From an uncultured Candidatus Saccharibacteria bacterium (GTDB lineage: Bacteria > Patescibacteriota > Minisyncoccia > Phycocordibacterales > UBA12088), in contig CAZLUD010000002.1 in the NCBI GenBank assembly GCA_964562615.1, positions 153,300 to 217,299 of the forward strand: a DNA stretch of 64,000 bases, given 5' to 3'. The notes below the pieces were generated by a model. It saw nothing but the letters and a program-made list of their open reading frames with translations. It did no database searches and was not told the DNA's origin. The translations under genes were made by a program, and so were the position numbers. Positions 18,472-27,974 of this stretch are shown here, piece after piece (position 1 is the first letter of the stretch; each line of letters opens with the position of its first letter).

Positions 18472-18568
18472 ATACGTATAGTGACTAGAGTATACCACAA
18501 AACCACGCTTCATTATAGCGATAATTCATTGACTAACCCCCAAAAATACGACCTATTGCGGAGTGTAA

Positions 18569-19006
18569 TTAGCGCTTACTTGTCGCCCTTTCTGCAATAA
18601 TTAAGGTCATGGCACTTACAAGCGCCGTAACGAGTATGCCCCAAATGATATCCACAACCGTAACCACTATTGGCCAATCAGCAAGTATAGCCGCGTTGGT
18701 AAACCCATACGTGCCGTAGGCCACAAGCCCAAGCACGGCACCCCTAAATAATGCCCCGTAGGCAGATATCTTTTCGTTATGAGAAGGAATAACCGCAAGG
18801 GTAGCAATACCAATTGGGTATATCGCATAAAAGAGGAATGTGGGTAAAAGACCAATTTGTGGAGCAAGAAGATGAAATAGTGAATCCGCATAAAAGGTAG
18901 TCGCCACAATCCCAAGCCAAATACCATCCATAGTGGTAAGAAGAACAAAGGCAACCGCATACACCATCCAAAATGATAATGATTTTGTGAAAAAGAATCG
19001 TAACAT
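18569..19006 (-). CDS. Integral membrane protein (4 TM), unknown function.
   Basis: Hydrophobic ORF; no recognisable catalytic motif. Confidence 0.4.
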   Translation of the reverse strand: MLRFFFTKSLSFWMVYAVAFVLLTTMDGIWLGIVATTFYADSLFHLLAPQIGLLPTFLFYAIYPIGIATLAVIPSHNEKISAYGALFRGAVLGLVAYGTYGFTNAAILADWPIVVTVVDIIWGILVTALVSAMTLIIAERATSKR

Positions 19007-19009
19007 ATA

Positions 19010-19426
19010 TTATTCTTTGCGAATAACTCCTCCGTCTGCAGACATTCTATACACAGACAAACGCTCTCCTGTGGTAATCTCTACACGATACCCATCAACA
19101 GTGGCTTGGGTGCACATCTCATCTTTTCCTAGCCCCAGACAACCATCTGGCCATGTTCGCACCTCCGAAGAGGTGATGGTGATATCTTCAATTGCCGAGG
19201 AAGTGTCCTCAACTGCTTTAGTGAGTAGTGCTGCAAGTGCCTTATCAGGGATAGTCGCAAATTCTTCACGCTCTATAGAAGTCTCATGTACTTCTGGTAT
19301 AGATTGCTCCTCTTTTTGCTTTGCGATCATCACCCCATCAACCACATACGCTCCCCCTGCGCCAAATAGTGCTATGAGTACAATAATAGGTATCCATCTC
19401 ATGCACACAGCATACCATGGGTACAA
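19010..19426 (-). CDS. Hypothetical secreted or membrane-anchored small protein.
   Basis: N-terminal hydrophobic segment WIPIIVLIALFGAGGAYVV; two Cys near the C-terminus. Confidence 0.35.
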   Translation of the reverse strand: MYPWYAVCMRWIPIIVLIALFGAGGAYVVDGVMIAKQKEEQSIPEVHETSIEREEFATIPDKALAALLTKAVEDTSSAIEDITITSSEVRTWPDGCLGLGKDEMCTQATVDGYRVEITTGERLSVYRMSADGGVIRKE

Positions 19427-19429
19427 CTA

Positions 19430-19621
19430 TTACAGCGAGTACATTGTACCAATAGTGCTCATGAGCATTGGTACCGCAAAGACAAGTCCGATAAGCGGAA
19501 GCACAAAAAATACAATGGTAGCAATAAGTGAGTAAAGAAAGTATTTGCGAATCTTCTCTACCGACACACTCATCATGTCTATCTTATCTTCAAGCGCCTT
19601 GAGTCTATCGTTTTCTTCCAT
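19430..19621 (-). CDS. Small membrane protein (~63 aa). Trimmed to the internal ATG so that it does not overlap msrAB.
   Basis: MEENDRLKALEDKID... followed by a TM helix. The ORF-track start would overlap msrAB by 76 nt. Confidence 0.35.
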   Translation of the reverse strand: MEENDRLKALEDKIDMMSVSVEKIRKYFLYSLIATIVFFVLPLIGLVFAVPMLMSTIGTMYSL

Positions 19622-19634
19622 AGTAGGGTGATTA

Positions 19635-20798
19635 TTAATTAAACAGGGCAAGATACTCGCCATACCCCTCCTTTTCCATATCGCGCGTAGGAATAAATCT
19701 AAGCGCCGCACTGTTCATGCAATATCTAAGTCCCCCTCTGTCTTTTGGACCATCTGAAAACACGTGCCCAAGATGAGAATCTGCAAATCGTGAACGCACC
19801 TCGGTACGTGTACTAAAAAATGATGAATCATCTTTTGTCACAATAAAGAGAGGGTCTATTGGCTTAACAAATGATGGCCATCCCGTACCCGAGTCATACT
19901 TATCCCTCGATGAAAACAGCGGTTCCCCAGACACCACATCAACGTATATACCCTCTTCTTTGTTATCTGCATACTCATTTGCAAACGGTTTTTCTGTGCC
20001 ATCCTTTTGCGTTACTTTGTATGACTCCGGAGAGAGCATTCCTTGTAGTTCTGTATCACTTGGTTTTACAAAACTAGACCATGCGGTGGTAGTGGTAGGC
20101 ATATATTCTGGTGATATGTTATGTAATGTGTCTCCCCAGTACTTCTTTATAAAGGCATCTCTCCCTGATGCGTTTCTATAAAAACCGTATCTGAGTGCGT
20201 TTTCTTTATAGTAATTTTGGTGATACTCCTCAGCGGTATAAAAAGGTGCACGTGGCAATACCTCAACGGCAAGCGGTTTTTCATACACCTTTTGCGCATC
20301 TATATGCGCAAGCACGCGCATGGCAGTGTCTTTTTCATTTTCATCAGCATAGTATATCGCTGGTGAGTATGCCTTTCCTCTATCATGAAAGGATCCATCT
20401 TTATCAGTTGGGTCAATGTGCTTTATAAAATACTCAAGTAACCCCGCATAGGTGAGGACTTGTGGATTATAGGTAACCTCTACCACCTCTCTGTGGTCAT
20501 CTTTGCTGTACGTCTCGTAGGTAGGATTGCTACTAGTACCGCCACTATACCCCGACACCACACTCGCTACTCCATCTAGTTTTTCTAGATCTGCCTCTAC
20601 GCACCAAAAGCATCCACCCGCAACAATAGCAGTGCGCATATCAGAAGCTGAGTTAGTGGTGTGAGAAGTAGTATCCGAGAGCGGCATATCTTGTGTAGTA
20701 ATCATAGAAAAATTGTGTGTATAAAAATAAATACTGATGCCAACCACAACACACGCTACCGCCAGTATAATGCGTTTATTCATGGCTTGTCTTTTCAA
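19635..20798 (-). CDS. msrAB: Fused peptide methionine sulfoxide reductase MsrA-MsrB with an N-terminal membrane anchor, likely extracytoplasmic.
   Basis: MsrA GGCFWCVE motif; MsrB GTGWPSF and HLGHVF motifs; N-terminal [18 protein letters not shown]. Confidence 0.85.
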   Translation of the reverse strand: MKRQAMNKRIILAVACVVVGISIYFYTHNFSMITTQDMPLSDTTSHTTNSASDMRTAIVAGGCFWCVEADLEKLDGVASVVSGYSGGTSSNPTYETYSKDDHREVVEVTYNPQVLTYAGLLEYFIKHIDPTDKDGSFHDRGKAYSPAIYYADENEKDTAMRVLAHIDAQKVYEKPLAVEVLPRAPFYTAEEYHQNYYKENALRYGFYRNASGRDAFIKKYWGDTLHNISPEYMPTTTTAWSSFVKPSDTELQGMLSPESYKVTQKDGTEKPFANEYADNKEEGIYVDVVSGEPLFSSRDKYDSGTGWPSFVKPIDPLFIVTKDDSSFFSTRTEVRSRFADSHLGHVFSDGPKDRGGLRYCMNSAALRFIPTRDMEKEGYGEYLALFN

Positions 20799-21513
20799 TT
20801 ATTTGCGCACTCTTCATTCTTTCTTTTCGCTCACCTTGATACAGAAAAAACGAGTATAGTACGGTAATGACTACCGTACTCATAAGCGGGTAGAAAAATA
20901 GTGCAAACGAATACTGTGGTGCAAAAAGCGCAAGCATACTTATTGCCCCCGAAAACATAAACAAATCTGACGCAAGCAAATGGGTTTTGTCCCACACCGT
21001 ATCACTTGAAAGAGTCCACGGCGTACGGACTCCCATAAACCAATTTCTCCTAGCAAACCTCAGTTCGTACCCAATGATGATAAAAAGGATACCAAGTGGC
21101 GGTACTATCGCACGTGACATAGCAAACTCATACCCCATATTCCATACCAGCACGAGCGCGTGGATGTACGTAAGAAAGGCGATGATAGCAAGGACCACCA
21201 TATTGTAGTGGGGTCGAAACTTTTCAACATTATCCTTAAATGGATCTATGCGGGGGAGCAAAAACAGCACGCCAGAGAGTATTACTGAAAGCAGCGGAAT
21301 AATAAGAAGCGCAAACAGTCGCGGAGTAAACGAATCCGCCTCCCCTGCAACAGTAAAATGAGTTGCCATCTGTTCAGGAAGCTGGTCATACAACAACACC
21401 CCAGATCCTATAGTGATAAGAATCAAGATACCGATGCATGTATAGGTAAGTGTAGTACTCACCCCACTATCATAACCCAAGTGAGTCTGTGTGTCTTTTA
21501 TGTATTCCACCAA
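20776..21513 (-). CDS. SdpI/YhfL-family membrane protein (DUF1648 + SdpI).
   Basis: [22 protein letters not shown] motif; 6 TM. Confidence 0.65.
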   Translation of the reverse strand: MVEYIKDTQTHLGYDSGVSTTLTYTCIGILILITIGSGVLLYDQLPEQMATHFTVAGEADSFTPRLFALLIIPLLSVILSGVLFLLPRIDPFKDNVEKFRPHYNMVVLAIIAFLTYIHALVLVWNMGYEFAMSRAIVPPLGILFIIIGYELRFARRNWFMGVRTPWTLSSDTVWDKTHLLASDLFMFSGAISMLALFAPQYSFALFFYPLMSTVVITVLYSFFLYQGERKERMKSAQIIEKTSHE

Positions 21514-21516
21514 TTA

Positions 21517-22239
21517 CTATTTAACCAAAAAGGTAGCCCTTACCGTGATCATCACTTCTTTCTCTATAGTAGAAGTATCGTACATACCATAATCAGCAAC
21601 ATCAATAGAATTATTCTGGAGCACCTGCACCACACCACCCTGCGCGCTCTTCAACTTTCCTACTGATTGTCCGCTTGCGCTTGCTATTTCATTTGCGCGA
21701 GCTTCCGCATCTTTTACCGCGTCAGAAAGTAACGAGACTCTCAGTTCTGGAAGTGTCGATATATAGTACTCTGGCATCATAGGAGAAAACTGCACTGCAC
21801 GCTGCGCAAGCACCACGGTATTGCTGGCAAGTGATTCAATAAGCTCTACTGAGTCGCTCTCTACGGTAACTAGCTGCCTCACAGTCACCTTTCGTGGACC
21901 TTCATTTGTCCAATACTCATCAACTGCTATAGCGCCTTTGGTGATCGCCTCTTCTGGTACTCCCCCTTCGGTAAGAAAGGTCGCCACCTTTGCGCTATCA
22001 CGCGCTACTTCGCTATATGCATTTGCTAGTTCGTAATCATAGACAATTCTGTTTACGGCAATTGCCCACTTGGCAGTATCTGCTGTTGCAACCTGCGTTG
22101 CTGAGCCGGTAACAGAAAGCGTGTTATCAAGTGATCGCACCGCATAAAAGGTATAACTAAACACAAATGCGCACAGCACTAACGAACCCCCCACAATAAC
22201 TGCCGGCAAAGAAACTAATTTGTAGTCTGTTGTAAACAT
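21517..22239 (-). CDS. SIMPL-domain (DUF541) protein with an N-terminal anchor.
   Basis: SVTGSATQVATADTAKWAIAV..RQLVTVESDS resembles the YggE/SIMPL fold. Confidence 0.55.
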   Translation of the reverse strand: MFTTDYKLVSLPAVIVGGSLVLCAFVFSYTFYAVRSLDNTLSVTGSATQVATADTAKWAIAVNRIVYDYELANAYSEVARDSAKVATFLTEGGVPEEAITKGAIAVDEYWTNEGPRKVTVRQLVTVESDSVELIESLASNTVVLAQRAVQFSPMMPEYYISTLPELRVSLLSDAVKDAEARANEIASASGQSVGKLKSAQGGVVQVLQNNSIDVADYGMYDTSTIEKEVMITVRATFLVK

Positions 22240-22601
22240 ATACAGCTAGTATACACGCAATAATTCACCCTGCACATGCTATGCAAATCAGTACATGAGT
22301 TATAACTCTATTCATCATGTGTGACCTTGATCACAAGAGTGCTTGGATGTATCATTCCCTCAGAAGATGACTCTACACTCAGTTCTCCTAGTGCCGGAAT
22401 GAGCCGATCGAGAAGTCAGTCGCCAAAACTACCTGTCTTGATCAGTTCACTACCGACTCACTGGTTGCAGGTGAGTAGTCCGAGCCCGACGTGTATCAGC
22501 ACGTCGGGCTCTTTAACTAATATGTATTACTGACACACCTCACGATTCTACCTTCGTGTTTGATTGATAATCTAACCAAGACTTATTCTTTAGTATTCTA
22601 A

Positions 22602-24242
22602 TTACCCCGTATACGTTGCGCGGGCGAGGGAGAGAGTGTCGAAGTCGTAGACTTCTTTGAGGTGTGTATACACGGGGGTTAGTTTTTCAGTGCCGAGTTT
22701 TTTAAAGGCGCTATGGATGTGTGCCAAATCGTCCGCATCAAAAAGTGCAGAGAGCGTAGCCATGTCAGCGGCAAGCAATGCTCCTTTTTTATTGAGAGCA
22801 TCAAGGTGTCCAATAATAGTACGCACTGTCATGCCACGCGCTTTTGCTATCTCAGCAGGCGTCTTTCCGGTTCGGAGTAATTGCAGTGTTTCTTCAGTGG
22901 TAGATAGTTTTTTCTTGCTTTTTTGAGGAGAGAGTCCCACTGTGCCGCCCATGGCGGTGATTGATCGCACGTGAAGCGTGTCTATTTCTTCCTTACTCAT
23001 ACTCATAAACATACGGCGCGCTTGATGAGACTCTTCCTTTACCACCGCATCAGTATCACGCACGAGCGGATGTACCTCGAGCGCTCGTTCGTTAAATCCA
23101 ACAAGATACAGTCCCTCTATTGTCCTAATACGTGAAAGTGCGACGTATCCCTGCCCGTATTCAAATGCTTTACTCAAATCAATATACGCCGCATCAAGAC
23201 TCATACCCTGGCTTTTGTGTATAGTAATAGCCCACGCAAGGCGCAGTGGTAACTGTGTTACTTTAGCAAGTACCTTTCCCTCTTCTTCAAGCGTCCATTC
23301 CATAAATGGCACGTCAATCGTTTTGCCATCGCGGGTTTTAACCACCGGCACGCCATCACGCCTAAATGCCTCAACAACTCCAAGAGTACCGTTCGCAAAT
23401 CCTTCTTCGGGATTGTTTTTGGTAAACATCACCGCGGCACCCTTTTTTATCACAAGCTCAGCAGGTGAGAGGCATCCTTTTTTAATTGCTTCAATATGAT
23501 GTGGTGAGCCTTTCTCAGTCATGCGAAAACGCTTTGCATCTCCTGGTAGCGCGGTAAGCGTTGCATCATTCATGGAGTCTACATCAGCGTTGTGGGTAAA
23601 CAGTTTAGGAATATGTCCTGAGTCAGGTATCACTTGCCTACTCTCTAATACATTCATGATTCGTGCTGTCTTGGTACCTGTACGAATGTGTGACAGTAGC
23701 TCTGTGAGCGCCTCATCCACATGTCGGTGTTGTTCATCTAAATAGCAGACCACGGGGTTAGCCGCACTCCACGCATCAGCGGTAAAGGCAAATTCGGCAT
23801 GTTCACCAATTGGTGGTAATTGAAAAAAATCTCCAACAAATATTACCTGCACACCGCCAAAAGGAAGTGGGTTACCCCGAGCGGTAATAAGTATGGCATT
23901 TACTGCATCAAGCACACCACGCGGAAGCATGGATATTTCGTCAATAATAAGAACGGTGGCTTTTTTCAGGCGCTTCACTACCCGCTCACGTTCTAAAATA
24001 GTATCAATGTCGTATTTTGACACAGAGGACTTAGTGCCCACGCCAGACCATGCGTGTATGGTCATTCCATGAAGGTGGGTTGCCGCAATGCCCGTTGAAG
24101 CAGTAACAGAGGGCTCTATACCTCTATCACGCAAGTATCTAATATACTCCCGAATTGTGTGTGTCTTCCCTGACCCTGGCTCCCCTGTCAAAAATACATT
24201 TGAGCCGGTTTTGAGAATAGTAAGTGCTTCAGCTTGCGTCAT
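22602..24242 (-). CDS. PIF1/RecD-like superfamily-1 DNA helicase with a C-terminal HTH domain.
   Basis: Walker A GEPGSGKT; PIF1-like AWSGVGT and VIFVGDFFQLPPI motifs; C-terminal HTH LRTGKTPAEIAKARGMTVRTIIGHL. Confidence 0.8.
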   Translation of the reverse strand: MTQAEALTILKTGSNVFLTGEPGSGKTHTIREYIRYLRDRGIEPSVTASTGIAATHLHGMTIHAWSGVGTKSSVSKYDIDTILERERVVKRLKKATVLIIDEISMLPRGVLDAVNAILITARGNPLPFGGVQVIFVGDFFQLPPIGEHAEFAFTADAWSAANPVVCYLDEQHRHVDEALTELLSHIRTGTKTARIMNVLESRQVIPDSGHIPKLFTHNADVDSMNDATLTALPGDAKRFRMTEKGSPHHIEAIKKGCLSPAELVIKKGAAVMFTKNNPEEGFANGTLGVVEAFRRDGVPVVKTRDGKTIDVPFMEWTLEEEGKVLAKVTQLPLRLAWAITIHKSQGMSLDAAYIDLSKAFEYGQGYVALSRIRTIEGLYLVGFNERALEVHPLVRDTDAVVKEESHQARRMFMSMSKEEIDTLHVRSITAMGGTVGLSPQKSKKKLSTTEETLQLLRTGKTPAEIAKARGMTVRTIIGHLDALNKKGALLAADMATLSALFDADDLAHIHSAFKKLGTEKLTPVYTHLKEVYDFDTLSLARATYTG

Positions 24243-24260
24243 ACGAGTAGTCTACCATGA

Positions 24261-24767
24261 CTACATTAGACCAAGTTTTCGCCAAAACGAGAGGAGTGTC
24301 TCTGAAGACACTACCCGCCCTACTCCTTCAGCATTTGTATATTCAGGATCGTGATAGAAATAATCTTTTTTGTGTCGCCCCACTATCACCACCTGGTGAT
24401 ACTTATCACGTAGCGCTTCATCAAACCTGCGAGATACTGAAACAATAACTGGCATTCCACGTTCAAGTGCCTCATCCAAAAAATCCAATACTCGCTCATC
24501 AGAGTATTCTTTGATATCAAATCGATTGATGCTCACGTCAAATGAGTTAGCTACCTCGATAAGCTTGTCATGTACCCATCCAGATGGCCCAAATGCATTT
24601 ATGCGTAGCGCGCGAGCGAGCACTTCATCAGGAGAAATATTCTCTTTGCGATGGTAGGCAATAAGCATAGAGAGTGCCGCGATACCGCACGCACGCGGCT
24701 TCCACTCAATGTCAGTAATATGGTCATACTGTGAATAATATGGAACGATAAGTGTCGCTTCTTTCAT
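24261..24767 (-). CDS. Papain-like C39-type peptidase domain protein, last gene of the pheS-pheT operon.
   Basis: PYYSQ...CGIAALSML (Gln/Cys of C39-like peptidases); later YHQVVIVG His region. Confidence 0.55.
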   Translation of the reverse strand: MKEATLIVPYYSQYDHITDIEWKPRACGIAALSMLIAYHRKENISPDEVLARALRINAFGPSGWVHDKLIEVANSFDVSINRFDIKEYSDERVLDFLDEALERGMPVIVSVSRRFDEALRDKYHQVVIVGRHKKDYFYHDPEYTNAEGVGRVVSSETLLSFWRKLGLM

Positions 24768-24768
24768 G

Positions 24769-27114
24769 TTATCTAACGGTATGTCCTAGACTGGTGAGTG
24801 TGTTAGTGATGGCGGTCATACGCTCAAGAATTTCACTATCGGTAAGTGTTTTGGTGCGAGACAAAAACACCAATCGATACGCGTATGATACCTTGCCTTC
24901 CTTTTCAAATTGATCAAACAAATCAATGCGTGCAAGCAATGCTCCTGCCTGTGTACGAATTATGTCTTCTATCTCAAAAGATGAGACCTCATTAGGTACC
25001 CATAGGGCAATATCTCGAAGGGCAAATGGATACTGAGATATAGGCTGATATCGCACGTCATCAGTCTCTTTCAAAAAATCATACGCGACATCTTCGGGTA
25101 TAGTGACATCAGTAATGTCATACTCCACTACGTTGTCTGATTGATGTACCGCGGCGATATCACCTATCACTTCTTGTATACTCTCTGCACCTTCTTCAAG
25201 CATGGTGCGTAGTGTCGCTTCTCGCTTTTTTTGTGTTGTTTCAGCTGCGTATGCAACATGAAGCCGCTCTCCTTCTTTACTAAAGACAATACCAATTTCA
25301 AATATCATAATGTCACTACCTCCCCACAATGGCGCGTGCGGGAGATTCTTTTTTGCCGTAAGGGCGAGTGTCTCGTGTAGTGATTCTCGCAAATGTGATT
25401 TGTCTGAGGCAAGCGCGTTTTTAAGTTCTACCGCTCCTTTATCAAGTAGCGTAGAGGTGATGACTTCATTCCATCCACGTGCAACAAACGCTGCGCGAAG
25501 TCGGTGTGCAATATAGTGATGTGGGTGCGGTACAACCGGCCCATCAAATGGTGGTAACGTGGCAGATGCAATTGCTCGATATCCAGCTATTCTTCCAATC
25601 TCCTCAATAACATCTTCTCTGATACGGATGTCTCTGCGTTCAGCAGGTACAGCAATAACAAATCGCTCATCCTCAGTACCCAACCCCAACATAGAGCGGT
25701 ACCCAACAATGGTAGTAAATCGCTCACTTGTTTGTAGTGGTTCCATCACCACACCGCTACCACCTGTGGAGTGGAGCACCATACCATCTCCCATATAGAT
25801 ACCAACATGATCAACACCAACGGGGACCTTGGTACCCTTTTTGTATTCGATGCTTTCGTAATGAATGGTACCAACACCGGTGTTCGCAAACACCAAATCA
25901 CCAGGCTGAGGGTCAGTGACCTCTGTGCCAAACACATATTGATCTACCGACATACGTGGGATAGCAACCCCACTCATTGCGTACACATATGCCGTAAGTG
26001 ATGAACAATCAAATGTCTCTGGCGCATCGTACCGTATACGCGCGCCAAGCTTGTACGCCTTACCAAGGAGTGTTGGTGCATGCGCGCAGATATGCTGACG
26101 CGGCGCTATTACTTCAAAAGGAAGCTGCGCCCTTGTGAGTAAGGCAACTACTTCTTCTTTGGTGTACGACGTACCAAGGAGTGCATGTATCTCACGCAGT
26201 GAGACGCCTACTTTGTAGGGTGCAGGTAGAGGTACTTCTTGTATCGCCTCACCCACAAGCGTACCCGAAGCTATATCCATAATAAGAGAAACCACTTCAC
26301 GAAGGGCAATGGCAGTGAGTTCGATTGGTGGTTGGTTTTGAAAACGAACAGACGCATCAGTAGCAAGCTTTAATCGTTGTGAGGTTGCGCGTATTGATGC
26401 GTAGTTAAAGTGCCCCGCTTCAACCAAAATAGTTTTTGTGTTTGTATCCACCTCTGCGTGCTTGCCGCCTTTGACGCCTGCTATCCCTATTGGAGTGCTT
26501 GTCACCGCATCATAGATTAGCAGCGTGTCCTTGTTTAGCGTGTAGGTATCACCCGTAAGGGTGGTGATAGATTCGCCATCTTTTGCAGATTGAACCGCTA
26601 GGTTGTACTTCCCTTGTTCATCTTTACCAAGCTTGTCTGCATCAAATGCATGCAGTGGTTGTCCAAGCTCATACATGACATAGTTTGTCGCATCTACGAC
26701 ATTATTGATGCTTTTTTGTCCAAGACGAGTAAGATACTGCCGCAGCCACTCGGGCGATGGTTCAACAGACACCCCTTCAAGAAGCGCTATACGATATGAA
26801 TCACACAGTGAAGGCGACTCAACCGCAACACGCACTCTATCTGTAGCAGGTAGTAGTTGCGGGTGTGGTTGTCGTAGTGGATCTTTTACAAGTGGTATCG
26901 AGAGTATTACAGAGAGCTCACGAGCAATACCAAGGTGACACAGGCAATCACCTGATCTGTTTGCAAGTACATCAACATCAATTATGTCATCGCCATCAAC
27001 ATGAGCTACTCCCTCAATTTCAAATGAGTGAAAGGTGAGTAGTTCAACAAGCTTCTCGCTTGATGGAAGCGTGTCGGCAAAATAGGTCTGAAGCTGAGCG
27101 CGAGAAACTTTCAT
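24769..27114 (-). CDS. pheT: Phenylalanyl-tRNA synthetase beta subunit with a ~145-aa NlpC/P60 papain-like domain inserted inside the B5 domain.
   Basis: B3/B4 NNVVDATNYVMYELGQPLHAFD; B5 halves ..LREIHALLG..LPFEV and ERFVIAVPAERRDIRIREDVIEEIGRIAGY; C-terminal FDX-ACB. Insert: FDCSSLTAYVY...GDLVFAN...DHVGIYMGDGMVLHS (C, H, H triad). Confidence 0.85.
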   Translation of the reverse strand: MKVSRAQLQTYFADTLPSSEKLVELLTFHSFEIEGVAHVDGDDIIDVDVLANRSGDCLCHLGIARELSVILSIPLVKDPLRQPHPQLLPATDRVRVAVESPSLCDSYRIALLEGVSVEPSPEWLRQYLTRLGQKSINNVVDATNYVMYELGQPLHAFDADKLGKDEQGKYNLAVQSAKDGESITTLTGDTYTLNKDTLLIYDAVTSTPIGIAGVKGGKHAEVDTNTKTILVEAGHFNYASIRATSQRLKLATDASVRFQNQPPIELTAIALREVVSLIMDIASGTLVGEAIQEVPLPAPYKVGVSLREIHALLGTSYTKEEVVALLTRAQLPFEVIAPRQHICAHAPTLLGKAYKLGARIRYDAPETFDCSSLTAYVYAMSGVAIPRMSVDQYVFGTEVTDPQPGDLVFANTGVGTIHYESIEYKKGTKVPVGVDHVGIYMGDGMVLHSTGGSGVVMEPLQTSERFTTIVGYRSMLGLGTEDERFVIAVPAERRDIRIREDVIEEIGRIAGYRAIASATLPPFDGPVVPHPHHYIAHRLRAAFVARGWNEVITSTLLDKGAVELKNALASDKSHLRESLHETLALTAKKNLPHAPLWGGSDIMIFEIGIVFSKEGERLHVAYAAETTQKKREATLRTMLEEGAESIQEVIGDIAAVHQSDNVVEYDITDVTIPEDVAYDFLKETDDVRYQPISQYPFALRDIALWVPNEVSSFEIEDIIRTQAGALLARIDLFDQFEKEGKVSYAYRLVFLSRTKTLTDSEILERMTAITNTLTSLGHTVR

Positions 27115-27115
27115 A

Positions 27116-27826
27116 CTAAAATTGTGTCACTAGTCGCAGGTCGCCATAATGAAATAGTCGTACGTCTTCAATGCCGTACTTAACTGCAACCAGACGCTCT
27201 ATTCCTGCCCCAAAGGCAAAGCCCTGATATAGCTCTGGATCAAGTCCTGCATTTTTAAGCACGGTTGGATGCACCATCCCCGCCCCCATAACCTCAAGCC
27301 AACGTTCAGTACCGTCCTTTTTCTTTAGATACATATCCACCTCGACACCGGGCTCAACAAAAGGAAAGTACCCAGGGCGAAACCTCACCGGAACGGATGC
27401 TCCATAAAACTCACTAAAGAATTGTTCAAGGGTACCCTTAAGATGCGCAAGCGTCACCGCCCCCTTCTTATCAATAACAAGTCCTTCAACCTGAAAAAAC
27501 TGTGCTTCATGCGTTGCGTCGGTTGCTTCATTTCTGTAGACGCGCCCCGGCACAATAATCCGTATTGGTGGGGTGTGTGTTTCCATATACCTAATCTGTA
27601 CCGGTGAGGTGTGTGTGCGTAATACAGTCTCTTCTCTATCTTTAACAAAAAAGGTATCTTGCGCGTCTCTCGCGGGATGATTTTTTGGCACATTAAGGGC
27701 ATCAAAGTTATACCACTCACTTTCTATAATTGGACCCTCCGCAAGGGTAAATCCCATACCAGAAAAAATCTCCGTGATGCGAGATATTGCCATCGATATT
27801 GGATGTACGTGTCCCTTTTCCTTCAT
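27116..27826 (-). CDS. pheS: Phenylalanyl-tRNA synthetase alpha subunit, short form. Start at the ATG giving MKEKGHV; the ORF-track start is a GTG.
   Basis: Class II motifs FRPGYFPFVEPGVEVD and GAGMVHP. Confidence 0.9.
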   Translation of the reverse strand: MKEKGHVHPISMAISRITEIFSGMGFTLAEGPIIESEWYNFDALNVPKNHPARDAQDTFFVKDREETVLRTHTSPVQIRYMETHTPPIRIIVPGRVYRNEATDATHEAQFFQVEGLVIDKKGAVTLAHLKGTLEQFFSEFYGASVPVRFRPGYFPFVEPGVEVDMYLKKKDGTERWLEVMGAGMVHPTVLKNAGLDPELYQGFAFGAGIERLVAVKYGIEDVRLFHYGDLRLVTQF

Positions 27827-27974
27827 GTGTAAGAAGTATAGCAAAAATGTCACATTTGGCGACTTTACAATACATCATCATATGATAAGCGCGCAGTTTT
27901 TTACCAAGGTGACAAATCTGATTTTGTTATTACAAGCCTCGCTTTTTTGGTAGTTTCTGCTACAGTTTATAGTA

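Noticed and set aside
19430-19711. 93-aa ORF overlapping the 3' end of msrAB by 76 nt.
   Set aside because: Trimmed to the internal ATG at 19621 (MEENDRL...). The 5' extension is probably not translated.
22380-22520. Possible SRP RNA or RNase P RNA: GUGCCGGAAUGAGCC and AGUCCGAGCCCG resemble the helix-8 and CR-I motifs.
   Set aside because: Only partial motif matches. The partner strands (GGAAGCAGCC; ACAGAAACCGGCUUA) are absent, and the order and orientation are inconsistent with either RNA.
22321-22533. 70-aa Ser/Pro-rich ORF in the 360-bp gap.
   Set aside because: Its composition looks non-coding and it spans the strong hairpin. The region is treated as non-coding or structured RNA instead.
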